This document shows positions 19,504 through 29,629 of a DNA stretch of 64,000 nt, in pieces; the stretch's first letter is position 1, and each line of letters opens with the position of its first letter. This DNA is from an uncultured virus (IMG/VR IMGVR_UViG_3300046524_000568). Taxonomy: Duplodnaviria; Heunggongvirae; Uroviricota; Caudoviricetes. A program made the translations under genes and the position numbers. The notes under the pieces are model-generated. The model did no database searches and was not told the DNA's origin. It saw only the letters and a list, made by a program, of their open reading frames with translations. The stretch lies in the IMG/VR virus record IMGVR_UViG_3300046524_000568; one strand, 5' to 3'.

Positions 19504-21006
19504 CTACTTCTCGCCGGCCGATACGACAGCCGGCTGCATACGCCGCTCCGGGAGTTCCATACGCACAAGCGTTCCGTCAACTTCCGGCCGCGTCGTGAAG
19601 ACGACCTTGCCGCCGTAGAGGTCCGCTCGTTCCTTGATGCTACGCAGCCCCATCGACCGCGTTTTCACGTGAGACGGCATGCCGACTCCATTGTCCTGCA
19701 CTTCGAGCCAATACGTGCTCTCGTCCATCCCCATCCGAACGAGGCACCGGCTGGCTTTCGCGTGCTTGCTCACGTTGTTGAGCAGTTCCTGCACGCTGCG
19801 GTGCATGTTCTGCGCCAACTTCTGCTCCGGCTCTACAAAGTCCGGCGCCAGCTCGAACTGAATCTGAATCCCGAGCCGGATGCGCAGGTCCGCGACCAGC
19901 TCGTGGATGGAATGCGCAAGGCCCTGCAGCGTCACGTTGTCTTCGCGCATCTCAAACGCGATGCGGCGTGCTGCTTTGGCGAGGCTGTCGACCAGCTCGC
20001 GCACGGACTGGAACTGCTGCACGGCTTCGGCAGATGCCGTCGTATTCGACCCCAGCACCAGCTTGTCCAACCGGCGCATGGCGAGCTTGAGCACCGTAAA
20101 CTGCTGGCCGAGCGAGTCATGTATCTCGCGCGCCAGCATCGTGCGCTCAGCTTCCTTCACCGCCAGCATGCGCTGGAGTTCCTGCTTGCCGAGCGTCCCG
20201 CCCTGTATCACGAAGCGAGTGCCTTCGCGCGGCTCAAGCGAAAGCGCCATCACGCCGACAAACCCATCGCCATCCCGGCTCGTCAGCGGAAAGTGCAAGA
20301 CATTCCACCGACCATCGACACCAAGGTCGTAGATGTGCGAAACATGCGAGTCGCCATTACGCACCTGCGCGGGGTGGTTTTTCAGGTCGTCCCGCAATGC
20401 CGTCAGCCGGTCGAGCTCCACCTGGTCGCGACCCTGTTCCGGCGACGTGCGTGCACGCAACACATCCATCGGAGAACCGCCAAATGCCGCATTCGAAAAT
20501 ACGGTGCTTCCTGCCGCGTCCACCACCCAGCACGGATGCGGCAGCGCCGACAACAGGTCGCGAGTAATCCTCGACCAGGACGGAAACAGCGCGTCCTTAT
20601 TATCTTTGAGGAACAACAACGCGGCGTTCTTCTCAGGATACTCTGGCAGGGCGGTGACCGTGACATTCACCGTGACGTAAGTATCGGAAGTGTGCATCCG
20701 AATAGGCAAGTCGTTCACGATGTTGCCCGGGTTTGCAACAGCAATCTGTATCCGCGACAGTGTATGCGGGTCCAGCCCGCTGTGAATCAGAGTGCTGATT
20801 TCCGACGCATTGCGACAACGAAGCAATGCATGCGCTTCCTCGGTAGCCGCCAGCACTTTCAGCACGCTCGCGCCGGTGACAAGCAACACAGGCGCCTTGA
20901 GACTGCATACCGACCGCCAGAATACTTCGACAGGGAATGTGGACGACTCAACATCAGCACCGCTTTTCCGGGCACAGAGCCGTTCTAACCAAGCCCGCAA
21001 ACCCAT
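19504..21006 (-). CDS. Cytoplasmic sensor histidine kinase (HisKA_3 + HATPase, PAS-like N-terminus)
   Basis: ERTMLAREIHDSLGQ, QELLNNVSKHA, VQDNGVG, GLRSIKERA; no obvious TM. Confidence 0.9.
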   Translation of the reverse strand: MGLRAWLERLCARKSGADVESSTFPVEVFWRSVCSLKAPVLLVTGASVLKVLAATEEAHALLRCRNASEISTLIHSGLDPHTLSRIQIAVANPGNIVNDLPIRMHTSDTYVTVNVTVTALPEYPEKNAALLFLKDNKDALFPSWSRITRDLLSALPHPCWVVDAAGSTVFSNAAFGGSPMDVLRARTSPEQGRDQVELDRLTALRDDLKNHPAQVRNGDSHVSHIYDLGVDGRWNVLHFPLTSRDGDGFVGVMALSLEPREGTRFVIQGGTLGKQELQRMLAVKEAERTMLAREIHDSLGQQFTVLKLAMRRLDKLVLGSNTTASAEAVQQFQSVRELVDSLAKAARRIAFEMREDNVTLQGLAHSIHELVADLRIRLGIQIQFELAPDFVEPEQKLAQNMHRSVQELLNNVSKHAKASRCLVRMGMDESTYWLEVQDNGVGMPSHVKTRSMGLRSIKERADLYGGKVVFTTRPEVDGTLVRMELPERRMQPAVVSAGEK

Positions 21007-21184
21007 ACGTACGTTCCAGGAAGGACGAATCCCTCCGATTTAAAATGCAAAAGATTAAACCTTTTCTACTTGTACGACAAGGCACAAGCTCTTTGTTACC
21101 GATGCGGAATCCGGAAGCATTCTGACCCCATTCAATTGGTCATTTCTCTTCAAAAGCGCCCTTCATAAATTGTCACAATCTAGT

Positions 21185-21193
21185 TGTGGATAA
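21185..21193 (-). promoter_or_regulatory. Single consensus DnaA box (TTATCCACA)
   Basis: TGTGGATAA on + strand within AT-rich intergenic region; function unproven. Confidence 0.35.
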
Positions 21194-21369
21194 CGACCAG
21201 TCTTTACAAAACTTTAATCTTTTGGAGCCGCTTCCAGCAGCCGGCTATTGTAAGGAGAAGTCCGATGAATTTGTGCTACTTGACTTTCGTCGCTGCCGGA
21301 CATCGACAATAACATAAGGTTATTGCGAGTCGTCTTTCAGCATACTCTTCGTTATACGCAGCCAAAAAC

Positions 21370-21402
21370 AAAAAACCCACCATTCCATATGGTGGGTTTT
21401 TT
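21370..21402 (-). terminator. Bidirectional Rho-independent terminator
   Basis: AAAAACCCACCAT/ATGGTGGGTTTTT. Confidence 0.75.
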
Positions 21403-21426
21403 GAAGCTTACAGCTGCCGCGGTGGG

Positions 21427-22188
21427 TCAGAACTTGTAACCGACCGTGCCGAAGACCTTGTGCGTACCGGTGTTGGTGAACCCGTACGCATCGTTGCCCG
21501 CGAACTGGTACGTCACGCCGACGTCGACCTGGTTGTTGAATGCGTAGCCGACGCGCACCTGCGCGAGCGAGAGGCCATCCTTCTGGCCCACGTCCGCGTG
21601 GTTGTGCAGGCCGTAGCCGACGTCACCGCCCAGGCTGAACTTGCCCAGGTTGTACGTGTAGCCGACTTGTGCGTACGTATCGCCAGTCTGGTAGCCCGCA
21701 ACCGGAAGCGACGCGCTTTCGATGACGGTCGACACCTTCGCGGTCAAACCTTTCCATTCCGCGCCGACGAACGCTTCGCTGAACGACAGGTCGTTCACGT
21801 GGTTTTGGCCCGTGAAGATGTTGCGGGTGAGACCGCCGCCGATGGTCACGTCGTGGGGCAGATGGAAGTCGTAGCCGACCGTCAGCTGGTTTTGCAGTTG
21901 ATGCAGGTTCGATGCGCCCGGCGTCAGGTTCACCGTGTCGCTCTCGATGGTGCCGTACAGGCCCGACGAGTGGCGTGCGGTGATGCTCGCGCCGATGGAC
22001 GGGTTACCGTCCGAGAACTGCGCGCCGCGATACTGATACGACGATTGCGCGTGCACGTCACCGGACACGGTCAGGCCATTTTCCGACTGGGCCAACGCCT
22101 TCAGACCAGCCAGGCTGTCGGCTGCCATCGCGGAACCGGCAAGACCCAGACCAACCAATGCAGCAACGGCCAGATGTTTCAACTTCAT
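21427..22188 (-). CDS. TorF/Gcw_chp-family putative outer-membrane beta-barrel
   Basis: Signal peptide, SSYQYRG..FSDGNPSI motif, C-terminal YKF. Confidence 0.8.
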   Translation of the reverse strand: MKLKHLAVAALVGLGLAGSAMAADSLAGLKALAQSENGLTVSGDVHAQSSYQYRGAQFSDGNPSIGASITARHSSGLYGTIESDTVNLTPGASNLHQLQNQLTVGYDFHLPHDVTIGGGLTRNIFTGQNHVNDLSFSEAFVGAEWKGLTAKVSTVIESASLPVAGYQTGDTYAQVGYTYNLGKFSLGGDVGYGLHNHADVGQKDGLSLAQVRVGYAFNNQVDVGVTYQFAGNDAYGFTNTGTHKVFGTVGYKF

Positions 22189-22309
22189 GTGTGTAAGCTC
22201 CTTTCTATGGGGGAATACGGCGATACCTGCGTAGCGCCAGCAAACCGTATAGCGAGAAATGGGGGTGATGCCAGACGCAGAACGCGCCTGGCCTACAACG
22301 ATGAACCGC

Positions 22310-22597
22310 TCAGTGCAGCGCGCTCTTCAGCGACGGCGAAACCGTCAGCTTGACCACGCGGCGTGCCGGGACCGTGATGCGGTCGCCCGTCACCGGATTG
22401 CGTGCGACGCCGGCCGCGCGCTTGCGCGCTTCGAGCGTGCCGAACTTGTGCAGACGGACTTGCTTGCCGGAGGCCAGTTCGTCCTTGATGCGGTCAAACA
22501 CGAAGCGCGCGACTTCAGCGCCAGCCTGATGGGTCAGGTCGAAACGTTCCGCGACGGCATCGGACAGGTCTTTCATGTTGAACGTCTGTGTGGTCAT
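22310..22597 (-). CDS. HU-family DNA-binding protein
   Basis: FGTLEARKRAAGVARNPVTGDRITVPARRVVKL. Confidence 0.92.
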   Translation of the reverse strand: MTTQTFNMKDLSDAVAERFDLTHQAGAEVARFVFDRIKDELASGKQVRLHKFGTLEARKRAAGVARNPVTGDRITVPARRVVKLTVSPSLKSALH

Positions 22598-22657
22598 GCT
22601 AGTGTTACTCCAGGTTGGTTTCGGGTCGCAGAGATTTATTCGACTGCGATGAGAAAT

Positions 22658-22685
22658 AGTATATCATGAAATACAGTTTTCGCAA
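22658..22685 (-). promoter_or_regulatory. Sigma70-type promoter for HU gene (TTGCGA...TGATATACT)
   Basis: -35/extended -10 pair read on - strand upstream of HU. Confidence 0.6.
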
Positions 22686-22791
22686 CTGCTTTTCAAACTC
22701 TCATCTTCAATCTGCTGTCAACCGGGATGCACAAAAGAAAACGGCAACCCGAGGTTGCCGTTGGTTGGAGATTGCTTTTGTGCTCAGGTGC

Positions 22792-23478
22792 TTAGGCTGG
22801 CTCATCATCATCATCGATGCTTCGTTGGGCCGTCAGGCCGCGCATCAGGCTTCGCTTGAGCTGGTTCACGCGCTGAAAATATTTGTCGCTCACATGGAGC
22901 GAACCGTTGTATCGCAAGAGCGCGCGCCGCTCGTTACCGCCTTCTGCGTCCAGATAACCCTTGAGTACCTGAGTACCAATGTCGACGTTTTCGCGCACCG
23001 ACGTTGCCTTCACGTTGCCACCCGGGAACAGGTCCGTGTGATAGCGCCCGGCCACCTGCATGATGCCAAAGGGCTTCATCGGGTCATGGCCGCCGCCCGG
23101 GTTGCCCACCTGGTGGTTGAACGACGATTCGGTCGCCGCCACCGCCATCAGCAGCAACGGGTCGACGCCATGCCGCTGGGATGCGGAGAGAAAGGCAGAC
23201 GCCACCTGGCTCGCATAGGAGTTGTCCAGGTTCCACTCGCGCGAGAGATAGTTGGCAACGGTGCCCTGGTTGAATGGCACCTGCGCTTGCGGTACAGGTT
23301 TTGCATCCGGAACCTGCGTGACCACTTCGACTCTCGTGCGCTCGAGACCGAACGGCAGGTGCGTCGTGTAGTCGAGCCCCGGGATGCTCGCGAGTGCAAT
23401 CGCGCTCATCAGCACCCCGGAAAGCAGGCTCGTCAGCCGGGTCGAGAAGGTGTAAAACTGCATGGGAATAGCTGTCAT
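22792..23478 (-). CDS. Lytic transglycosylase (SLT domain), N-terminal anchor
   Basis: VDPLLLMAVAATESSF, GIMQV, ENVDIGTQVL, ALLRYNG. Confidence 0.9.
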   Translation of the reverse strand: MTAIPMQFYTFSTRLTSLLSGVLMSAIALASIPGLDYTTHLPFGLERTRVEVVTQVPDAKPVPQAQVPFNQGTVANYLSREWNLDNSYASQVASAFLSASQRHGVDPLLLMAVAATESSFNHQVGNPGGGHDPMKPFGIMQVAGRYHTDLFPGGNVKATSVRENVDIGTQVLKGYLDAEGGNERRALLRYNGSLHVSDKYFQRVNQLKRSLMRGLTAQRSIDDDDEPA

Positions 23479-23481
23479 CGG

Positions 23482-25497
23482 TTACCCCCTGTTCAGTTTC
23501 ACCTGCAATTCCGGATATGCAGGTCGAGCCAGAGACAGTGAGGTCCACGAAACCGCGACCTGAACGCCCTCATTGAGCACGCGCGCCGCTCCGGGCTCGC
23601 CACCCACCCAGACGTCGTCGAGCCATTGGTGCCCGTTCTCGCGCAGGTCAGACGCGGGCAACCAGGCACTGCACTGCCAGCCGGATACCACTACGCGAAG
23701 ACCACGCTGGTTGGTGCGCACGATACGCGCGGCCACGACGTCCTCGACCGAGTTCGCGCTCATGAAGCTCTGCAGCTTCAGGCGGTCCCAGACCATGCGC
23801 TCAGCCAGGCGCGCCGCATGCGCGCGCTCGGAGCAGTGCTCCACCTGCGCTGACAGCCCGGCCCAGTCCGCAGTCGAGAGCTGATGACCTTCGGGCGCGA
23901 GGAGCAGCCGATGAACCAGCAGGTCGGCGTATCGACGAATCGGGCTTGTGAAGTGGGTGTACCAGTCCACGCTCAGCGAAAAGTGGCCACCCTTCTCCGT
24001 GCTGCGTTGAACCACGTAGCGCGCCGGCTGCATCGCCGAGCGAATCTTGAGAGACGCTGCGGCTTGCGCTTCGGCATCAGGCTGCGACGACACGAGCTCC
24101 GACATCGCGCGAAGGCTCGGCGCATCGGGCAGCGTGTAGTTGTGCGCGAACGCCCATTCCTTCAGCTCACCCCAAGCCTGCGCATCCGGCGCCGGCTGGA
24201 AGCGGAAGAGCCCCGCGCCGTAGCGCTTGATGAGCATCGCGGCCGCGGTGCGGTTCGCGAGCAGCATCAGCTCTTCGACGAGCTTGTGCGCGTCGTTGCG
24301 GCTTTCCCACTTCAATGACCAGGTGCCATCCTCGGCCTGCACCATCGTCGGCTCAGGCTCGTCGAAATCGAGACGCCCGGCCTGCTCGCGACGCTCGGAG
24401 AGCACGCGGTAGACCTCGGACAGCGCCTGCAGGCTGTGCTCAACCGGCATGGCGAACCGAACGTCCGGCTTGTTCACCATGAAGCCTGCGACCTGCGTGT
24501 AAGTCAGACGAGCTGCCGACTCGATGAGCGTACGCTCGAGCTCAGTAGAGAGCACGTTGCCGGCGGCGTCGAGCTCGAGCTTGAGCACGACCACGCGCCG
24601 CGGCTTACCCGGAACGAGCGAGCAACGGTCCGTCGACAGACCCTCAGGCAACATCGGGTGCGTGCGGCCCGGCAGATAGAGCGACGTGCAGCGCTTAGCC
24701 GACCACGAATCGAGGTCAGAGCCTTCCGTCACATACCAGGAGACATCCGCGATGGCCACCTGGACCTCCCAGCCACCTTGCGGCAGCGCGCGGCCGTAGA
24801 CCGCATCGTCGAAGTCGCGCGTGCTCTCCCCGTCGATAGTCACGAAGGGCGCTTCGTTGCCACCCTCCCATTCAACCTGGCTGGCCCCCAGTCCACGCAG
24901 CGCCTCGAGGTCCGCCGTCATCACTTCGTCGAACTGGAAGCGCATGAGCGCGTAGTCGAGGTCAAAACCTGGCCGCGTACGCGGGCCCATATTGCGCTCG
25001 ACGATTACGTTGAGCGGCCGCGCGATAGGCGCGCCTTCGTAGGCCGGCACGCGCACGGAGACGACATCGCCCGGCGCAAACGCTGCCGTTTCGCCGTCGG
25101 CGAGCTGCAACGGCAGGAAGCACGGGTCATCCGGAACCAGATGCGTGAGGTCCGCCACATGGTGCACTTCACACAGCAGGCGCCCCGCCGGCCGCGAGAC
25201 CGAAGAGAGCGCACGCACTTCACGGCTGTCGCCATCGCCGCCCTCAAGCGGAATGAAGCGGACCGTGTCACCGGTGAGGAGGAACCGCGCGAGGTTTGCG
25301 CGCAGGAAATACGACTCGCCGTCGGTGCCGGTGATGAAGCCGAAACCGCGGGGGTTGAGAGAGACGGTACCGGAGAGGGCCGCGACCTTCACATGCGGCT
25401 TGACGACGGGCAGATGAGCTGGTCCCTGGCTGCGGGGGTCGACGCTGAGGATGACGCCGGAGAGGCTGTCGTTAGAGGAAATCTTGCGGCGAAGCAT
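23482..25497 (-). CDS. RNase R/RNase II (RNB) family exoribonuclease
   Basis: N-terminal cold-shock GFGF, TIDGESTRDFDDA catalytic motif, VEELMLLAN, YTHFTSPIRRYADLLVHR. Confidence 0.92.
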   Translation of the reverse strand: MLRRKISSNDSLSGVILSVDPRSQGPAHLPVVKPHVKVAALSGTVSLNPRGFGFITGTDGESYFLRANLARFLLTGDTVRFIPLEGGDGDSREVRALSSVSRPAGRLLCEVHHVADLTHLVPDDPCFLPLQLADGETAAFAPGDVVSVRVPAYEGAPIARPLNVIVERNMGPRTRPGFDLDYALMRFQFDEVMTADLEALRGLGASQVEWEGGNEAPFVTIDGESTRDFDDAVYGRALPQGGWEVQVAIADVSWYVTEGSDLDSWSAKRCTSLYLPGRTHPMLPEGLSTDRCSLVPGKPRRVVVLKLELDAAGNVLSTELERTLIESAARLTYTQVAGFMVNKPDVRFAMPVEHSLQALSEVYRVLSERREQAGRLDFDEPEPTMVQAEDGTWSLKWESRNDAHKLVEELMLLANRTAAAMLIKRYGAGLFRFQPAPDAQAWGELKEWAFAHNYTLPDAPSLRAMSELVSSQPDAEAQAAASLKIRSAMQPARYVVQRSTEKGGHFSLSVDWYTHFTSPIRRYADLLVHRLLLAPEGHQLSTADWAGLSAQVEHCSERAHAARLAERMVWDRLKLQSFMSANSVEDVVAARIVRTNQRGLRVVVSGWQCSAWLPASDLRENGHQWLDDVWVGGEPGAARVLNEGVQVAVSWTSLSLARPAYPELQVKLNRG

Positions 25498-25533
25498 CAG
25501 CGCACCTCTCCATGGGGCGCCAAAGCGCGATTA

Positions 25534-25968
25534 TTAACTTGTGTTTTTCTCATGTAGTGACGCTGCCCGCATGAGCAGCACGATAAAAGCTGAAAGACCC
25601 CAGGCATAGCAGGTCGTGATGAATGCCTCCGGGACGTGGTCAACTGCCAGGTTCAATACCAGCAGACCGACATCGACTCCCGACCACAGCAACAGATAGC
25701 CCGAGAACGCGTAAAACCGTCGCGAGGCAATGGCGCAGGCATAGAGCGCGGCAACAGCCATGAGCGACTTCAGAAAACCAGATACCACCCCCACCTCGGG
25801 CATCATCAGCGTGATGACCAGGCAGGTCAGCGCCAGCTTGAGTCCAACCATTAGCATCAGCGCCGGGCTGCCGTTTCGGGGCAAACCGCGACCGTCGTGC
25901 TGAAAGCTCAGCAACTGCGCCACGTGCCAGGCGAACGACGGCAGAACACGCATGGTGGAGTTAGGCAT
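25534..25968 (-). CDS. Four-TM membrane protein
   Basis: Hydrophobic; TGGTATACT promoter at 26012-26020. Confidence 0.65.
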   Translation of the reverse strand: MPNSTMRVLPSFAWHVAQLLSFQHDGRGLPRNGSPALMLMVGLKLALTCLVITLMMPEVGVVSGFLKSLMAVAALYACAIASRRFYAFSGYLLLWSGVDVGLLVLNLAVDHVPEAFITTCYAWGLSAFIVLLMRAASLHEKNTS

Positions 25969-26044
25969 GGTGCGAATTACACTTACGAAAGGTTATGAAT
26001 TGGACGCAAGTAGTATACCACAATATACGCACTTTTCACGACAA

Positions 26045-26069
26045 ACACGGAAGAGTTAACTTTCCGTGT
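26045..26069. promoter_or_regulatory. Near-perfect palindrome centred on AGTTAACT, putative operator
   Basis: ACACGGAAGAGTTAACTTTCCGTGT (one bulged base). Confidence 0.5.
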
Positions 26070-26170
26070 CAAGCCGCAACGTTCAGTATAGGAGTCGGGC
26101 GCTGGCAGAATCGTGCGACGCAGGCACAATTGCGTTGAGGGTAGCGCTGGTAGGGAATACAGTGCGACGG

Positions 26171-26431
26171 CTAGGTCGACCGGACGTCGGTGCGGCCGCC
26201 TTCATACCAGAACTGCTTGAAAGCTTCAGGAGATGCCGCTTCGAAGGCGGCGGCCATGCGCACGAATGCTCGGTACAGGTGTTGATGCTGTTTCAGGACG
26301 GCGTCAGCGTCGGCCGACGACATCTGGGCGTCGAAGGTACCGTTAGGGTCAGTCAGGTTGACGTTCCCGTCCGGATAGGTGCCGAACACCATCCACTCCG
26401 GGTAAGCTTCATTGATGTATTTTTCTTTCAC
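26171..26431 (-). CDS. Hypothetical protein
   Basis: RBS AGGAG before GTG. Confidence 0.55.
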   Translation of the reverse strand: MKEKYINEAYPEWMVFGTYPDGNVNLTDPNGTFDAQMSSADADAVLKQHQHLYRAFVRMAAAFEAASPEAFKQFWYEGGRTDVRST

Positions 26432-26494
26432 CACCCTCTCCTGGCATCGCGAAATCGACGAATTCAAATAGAAAACGGGGCTATTAAGCCCCGT

Positions 26495-26710
26495 TCATTG
26501 CTGCAGTTGCGGTGCCGCGGACCGCGCGTCGCGCTCTCGCACGAGTCTGTCGCTGAAACCATTGACGCGGTCCTCTGCCCAGTTATCCGGCGCGTCGGCC
26601 TGCGTGGCGCCACCCATCGACAGCCACCACTGCGCGTACGTCCAGCCCGTCGAATAGCCCGGAGTGCATACACCCGGGTCCATCGGCTCGATGTCGGTCT
26701 TCATCTGCAT
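26495..26710 (-). CDS. Small hypothetical protein
   Basis: Coupled to upstream ORF (TGATG overlap). Confidence 0.5.
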   Translation of the reverse strand: MQMKTDIEPMDPGVCTPGYSTGWTYAQWWLSMGGATQADAPDNWAEDRVNGFSDRLVRERDARSAAPQLQQ

Positions 26711-26928
26711 CACACGTCTGCCCGGTTCTGGCGCCGCACCGAGATGCGCGACATCAGCACCCATCCCAGAGCAGAAACACCTGCGACGAGTCCCAGCCAG
26801 GTCACCGGCCGGTCCAGCGAGCTGTTGCCGGCAAGCACCTGAGTCGCGGCAAAGCCGTAGTACACCGCCAGCGCGCCGCCTACACCCAGGGCGGCCGCGC
26901 GGATGTCATCGAACCGTCGAACGGTCAT
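26710..26928 (-). CDS. Small two-TM membrane protein
   Basis: RBS AAGGAG; ATGA overlap with upstream gene. Confidence 0.55.
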   Translation of the reverse strand: MTVRRFDDIRAAALGVGGALAVYYGFAATQVLAGNSSLDRPVTWLGLVAGVSALGWVLMSRISVRRQNRADV

Positions 26929-27410
26929 GTCTTGCTCTCCTTTTCCTGCCGCAGTAGTTCGTGCTCCGCGACCAGAATTTTGCCCCATGCCCACTCCGCC
27001 CAGGTCTGGACGAGAATCATGAGCACCAACGCCTGCTTCGGCGCATCTACGTTATGCGGTGTGTACATCAGCTCATCCCCGAGCCATTCCACCTGGTCGG
27101 GCCTCGAGATTTTGTCCAGCTCATCCGGATTGGCGCCCAGGCTGCCGCTGAACATCTGGTCCACCCAGAAGTACCGCGGAACACCTCCGGTCAGCAGCTC
27201 GAATCCGCAACCATTCGCGAGCTCCTCGGGAATCAGTTCCGCGCGTCGAACTCGCGTGCGCGCATCCTCGACCAGGCGAGCATGCTCCTCTTCCGTAACG
27301 GTGACCGTGCTGAGCGTCTTCAGCGCCGAAACCGCGACCGCGAGGAAAAAGCCCGCGGTCTTGTTGCCCGGCTTCAGGGTCATGTAGTCGATACGGGTGA
27401 AGAAGTTCAT
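26925..27410 (-). CDS. Hypothetical protein
   Basis: Downstream of TTGGCG-17-TATACT promoter (27455-27483). Confidence 0.65.
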   Translation of the reverse strand: MNFFTRIDYMTLKPGNKTAGFFLAVAVSALKTLSTVTVTEEEHARLVEDARTRVRRAELIPEELANGCGFELLTGGVPRYFWVDQMFSGSLGANPDELDKISRPDQVEWLGDELMYTPHNVDAPKQALVLMILVQTWAEWAWGKILVAEHELLRQEKESKT

Positions 27411-27574
27411 GGCTGTCTCTTCGCAAGATGATGCTTTGTTAACTGTTGGGACGCAGTATATCACATAACGAAAAATACGCCAATACGTGCCTAACATTTA
27501 TTGAGCGCCTTGCCAAGTGAAACCGCAATAAAAAAGCGACTCATTGAGTCGCTTGGAGGGAACGAGGACCGGCT

Positions 27575-27799
27575 TCAGGGCTGACATAACTTGGCAACTG
27601 TATCGGCCTTAGCGAGCTGCCGGCGCATCAGCTCATCCATGACACTTGTTGACCGCGAAGTTGCCTCCGCAAAACGCCGGGCCACCTCGACCGCACGTTC
27701 GCTTGCTCGCTGAAGAGCGCGGTCGCCAGGTGTACTGCGGTGCTCTGCGCACAGCTGCGGGATGTTTGTCATGCGTGCGTGGACTGGGATGTTGAACAT
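27575..27799 (-). CDS. Small hypothetical protein
   Basis: ORF followed by terminator at ~27531-27554. Confidence 0.4.
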   Translation of the reverse strand: MFNIPVHARMTNIPQLCAEHRSTPGDRALQRASERAVEVARRFAEATSRSTSVMDELMRRQLAKADTVAKLCQP

Positions 27800-27831
27800 G
27801 AAAAATCCTAGGGTGCTTGCGTGCTCTGATG

Positions 27832-28325
27832 TCACGCCGGCTGGAACACAGCTGGGAACCCCAGAACCGGCAGTTCAAAGCCTGGCTCGTTCCATGCGCG
27901 GATGGCGGCAGCCAAGCGTTGACGAAGGTCGACTCATGCTCAAGGGGAACCACCCACTGCACCGCGGTCCAGCTGTCTGAGACCACCGGGTCCGGGCGAA
28001 GCCAGTGCAGCACGAGCGGGTCGATGCGAAAAACCTTGCCGGCGGCGACGATGATGCCATCCGGTATAGCCGGCGTTCCGAATTCGTACATGCTGCCGTC
28101 CGCCGTCATCGTGTAAAACACGTGGCCCTTCCAGTGAGGGTCCACATGTGGCCACGCCTCCTTCGTCAGCACAAGGTCCGGCACAATGCCCATCACGGTC
28201 AGCTCCGCCGGGCCCTGAATCACATCAGTCTGATTCGAGAAGAACGTCTCGGCGTGCTCGCGCAGCGCCTGTGTGAGCCTGAACGGCCGCTCGAACGTGA
28301 CATTGAGGTCCGGGATGGAAACCAT
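27832..28325 (-). pseudogene. Cupin/2OG-Fe(II)-like protein, apparently frameshifted near 27916
   Basis: WPHVDP...LHW metal-binding pattern; plausible C-terminus (LAAAIRAWNEPGFELPVLGFPAVFQPA*) lies in another frame ending at 27832. Confidence 0.5.
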
Positions 28326-28339
28326 GTTCGTCCACGCGG

Positions 28340-28717
28340 TTACAGCCGGCCCTGCAGCGCGACTTCGAGACCGAAGAACCGTAGGCCTTCCTGCTGCCCG
28401 CCTTCGCCGAAGAAGTTCCAGCTGAAGCAAAGCCACCCGGCCAGGTCATTGCAGTCCGAAAGCGGCGCGAAGGCGAGCGAAGTCCGCCCGCGGCCGGCGA
28501 CCACGAGGCTGACCAGTGTCGCGAAATAGATGGCGAAGCCGAAGAGCATCGCTGCGCCGCTGAAGGCGGCCACGCCCAGGATAAGCGTCGACGCCGTATC
28601 GGCCTGCTCGGCAATCGAGGGCAAGAAGGTCGCACCACTGAATGCGAGCCCCGTCATGCCCAATACGAGGGCGAGACCTGCTGAGAGCTGGCGGGCATAA
28701 GGCAGAAGTTTTTTCAT
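28340..28717 (-). CDS. Membrane protein
   Basis: RBS GGAGG; two TM segments. Confidence 0.6.
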   Translation of the reverse strand: MKKLLPYARQLSAGLALVLGMTGLAFSGATFLPSIAEQADTASTLILGVAAFSGAAMLFGFAIYFATLVSLVVAGRGRTSLAFAPLSDCNDLAGWLCFSWNFFGEGGQQEGLRFFGLEVALQGRL

Positions 28718-28734
28718 GACAACCTCCGTGAACT

Positions 28735-29151
28735 TCAGGTTTCTGAGGATACGGCGCCGCCCGCAAGCAGCGGAAGCGTAGCCCTGATGAACGCGGTCGC
28801 CATTGCGGTGCTGGGCACTACACTCGCCGCTTCAACAAAATCTAAAAAGGCCGTGCGCACGCGCGCTTCCGCACCTGGAGGCATCTTCTTCGAAGCTTCA
28901 GTCGACACCCGCTCGCGCCAGCCCGGAATGAAGCTGTCGAGCTCACTAACATCGAAGCCTCCGCGGCAGTTGCCTTGAATCAATCTCGGTTGGGGACTGT
29001 AGCGCTTGCAATACTCCGCGTACGCCTCGAGGTGCAGCGACCACGGAATCCCCGCGTCGTAACCCTGCACCGGCGCGAGCCGCGCGGGCTGCGCGAGCGC
29101 TCGCCACGCGTCGTTGAAGACTGGGAGAACGACTTTCGCGTCGAGTTGCAT
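28735..29151 (-). CDS. Hypothetical protein
   Basis: TAATG coupling; IPWSLHLEAY...RGGF motif. Confidence 0.55.
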   Translation of the reverse strand: MQLDAKVVLPVFNDAWRALAQPARLAPVQGYDAGIPWSLHLEAYAEYCKRYSPQPRLIQGNCRGGFDVSELDSFIPGWRERVSTEASKKMPPGAEARVRTAFLDFVEAASVVPSTAMATAFIRATLPLLAGGAVSSET

Positions 29152-29597
29152 TACGCGGCCGCCGGTGTGACGGTCAACACGTACCACGAATCGCCGGCCA
29201 TGCCGTCGTGCTCGTACGACCATTGGGGCTCGAGACCCGCGGACGTGCAACGCGCGGCAAATCCCGCCCAGACGTCGTACAGCGGATTGTCCGACCTCCA
29301 GACACCACTACCATGGCGCCATGCGCCAGGCACGCCGCGCGGAATCTTCCAGCTGGAGACGTTGAGCAGCGCGGCCACATCGCGAAAGCTTTTCCCGCCG
29401 AGTTCGACCTTACCAACCGGCTGGTCGTTCACAAGGCGAAACGCAAAGAGCTGATACGCGTAGTCGAAGAAATGCTGCGCCCGCAACGTGACCTCGAACG
29501 TCTTTTCATCTTGCGCTGCTTGGCGGGCCCGTGCTGCTCGCCGCGCCGCCTCTTCTTCTGCAGCCGTCGCGGCCTTCAGTCGTTCACCCAAATTCAT
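29151..29597 (-). CDS. Hypothetical protein
   Basis: Operon context; HDGMAGDSW C-terminal motif. Confidence 0.65.
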   Translation of the reverse strand: MNLGERLKAATAAEEEAARRAARARQAAQDEKTFEVTLRAQHFFDYAYQLFAFRLVNDQPVGKVELGGKSFRDVAALLNVSSWKIPRGVPGAWRHGSGVWRSDNPLYDVWAGFAARCTSAGLEPQWSYEHDGMAGDSWYVLTVTPAAA

Positions 29598-29629
29598 ATT
29601 CTTGGTCCCGATTATCAGTTTGTGAGCGC

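Noticed and set aside
19661..19676. parS-like GTTTTCACGTGAGAC
   Set aside because: Several mismatches, single copy, inside kinase coding sequence
18697..20988. 763-aa + strand ORF
   Set aside because: Antisense shadow of the HK/RR pair
21006..21427. Replication origin
   Set aside because: Only one DnaA box, no iterons or rep gene nearby
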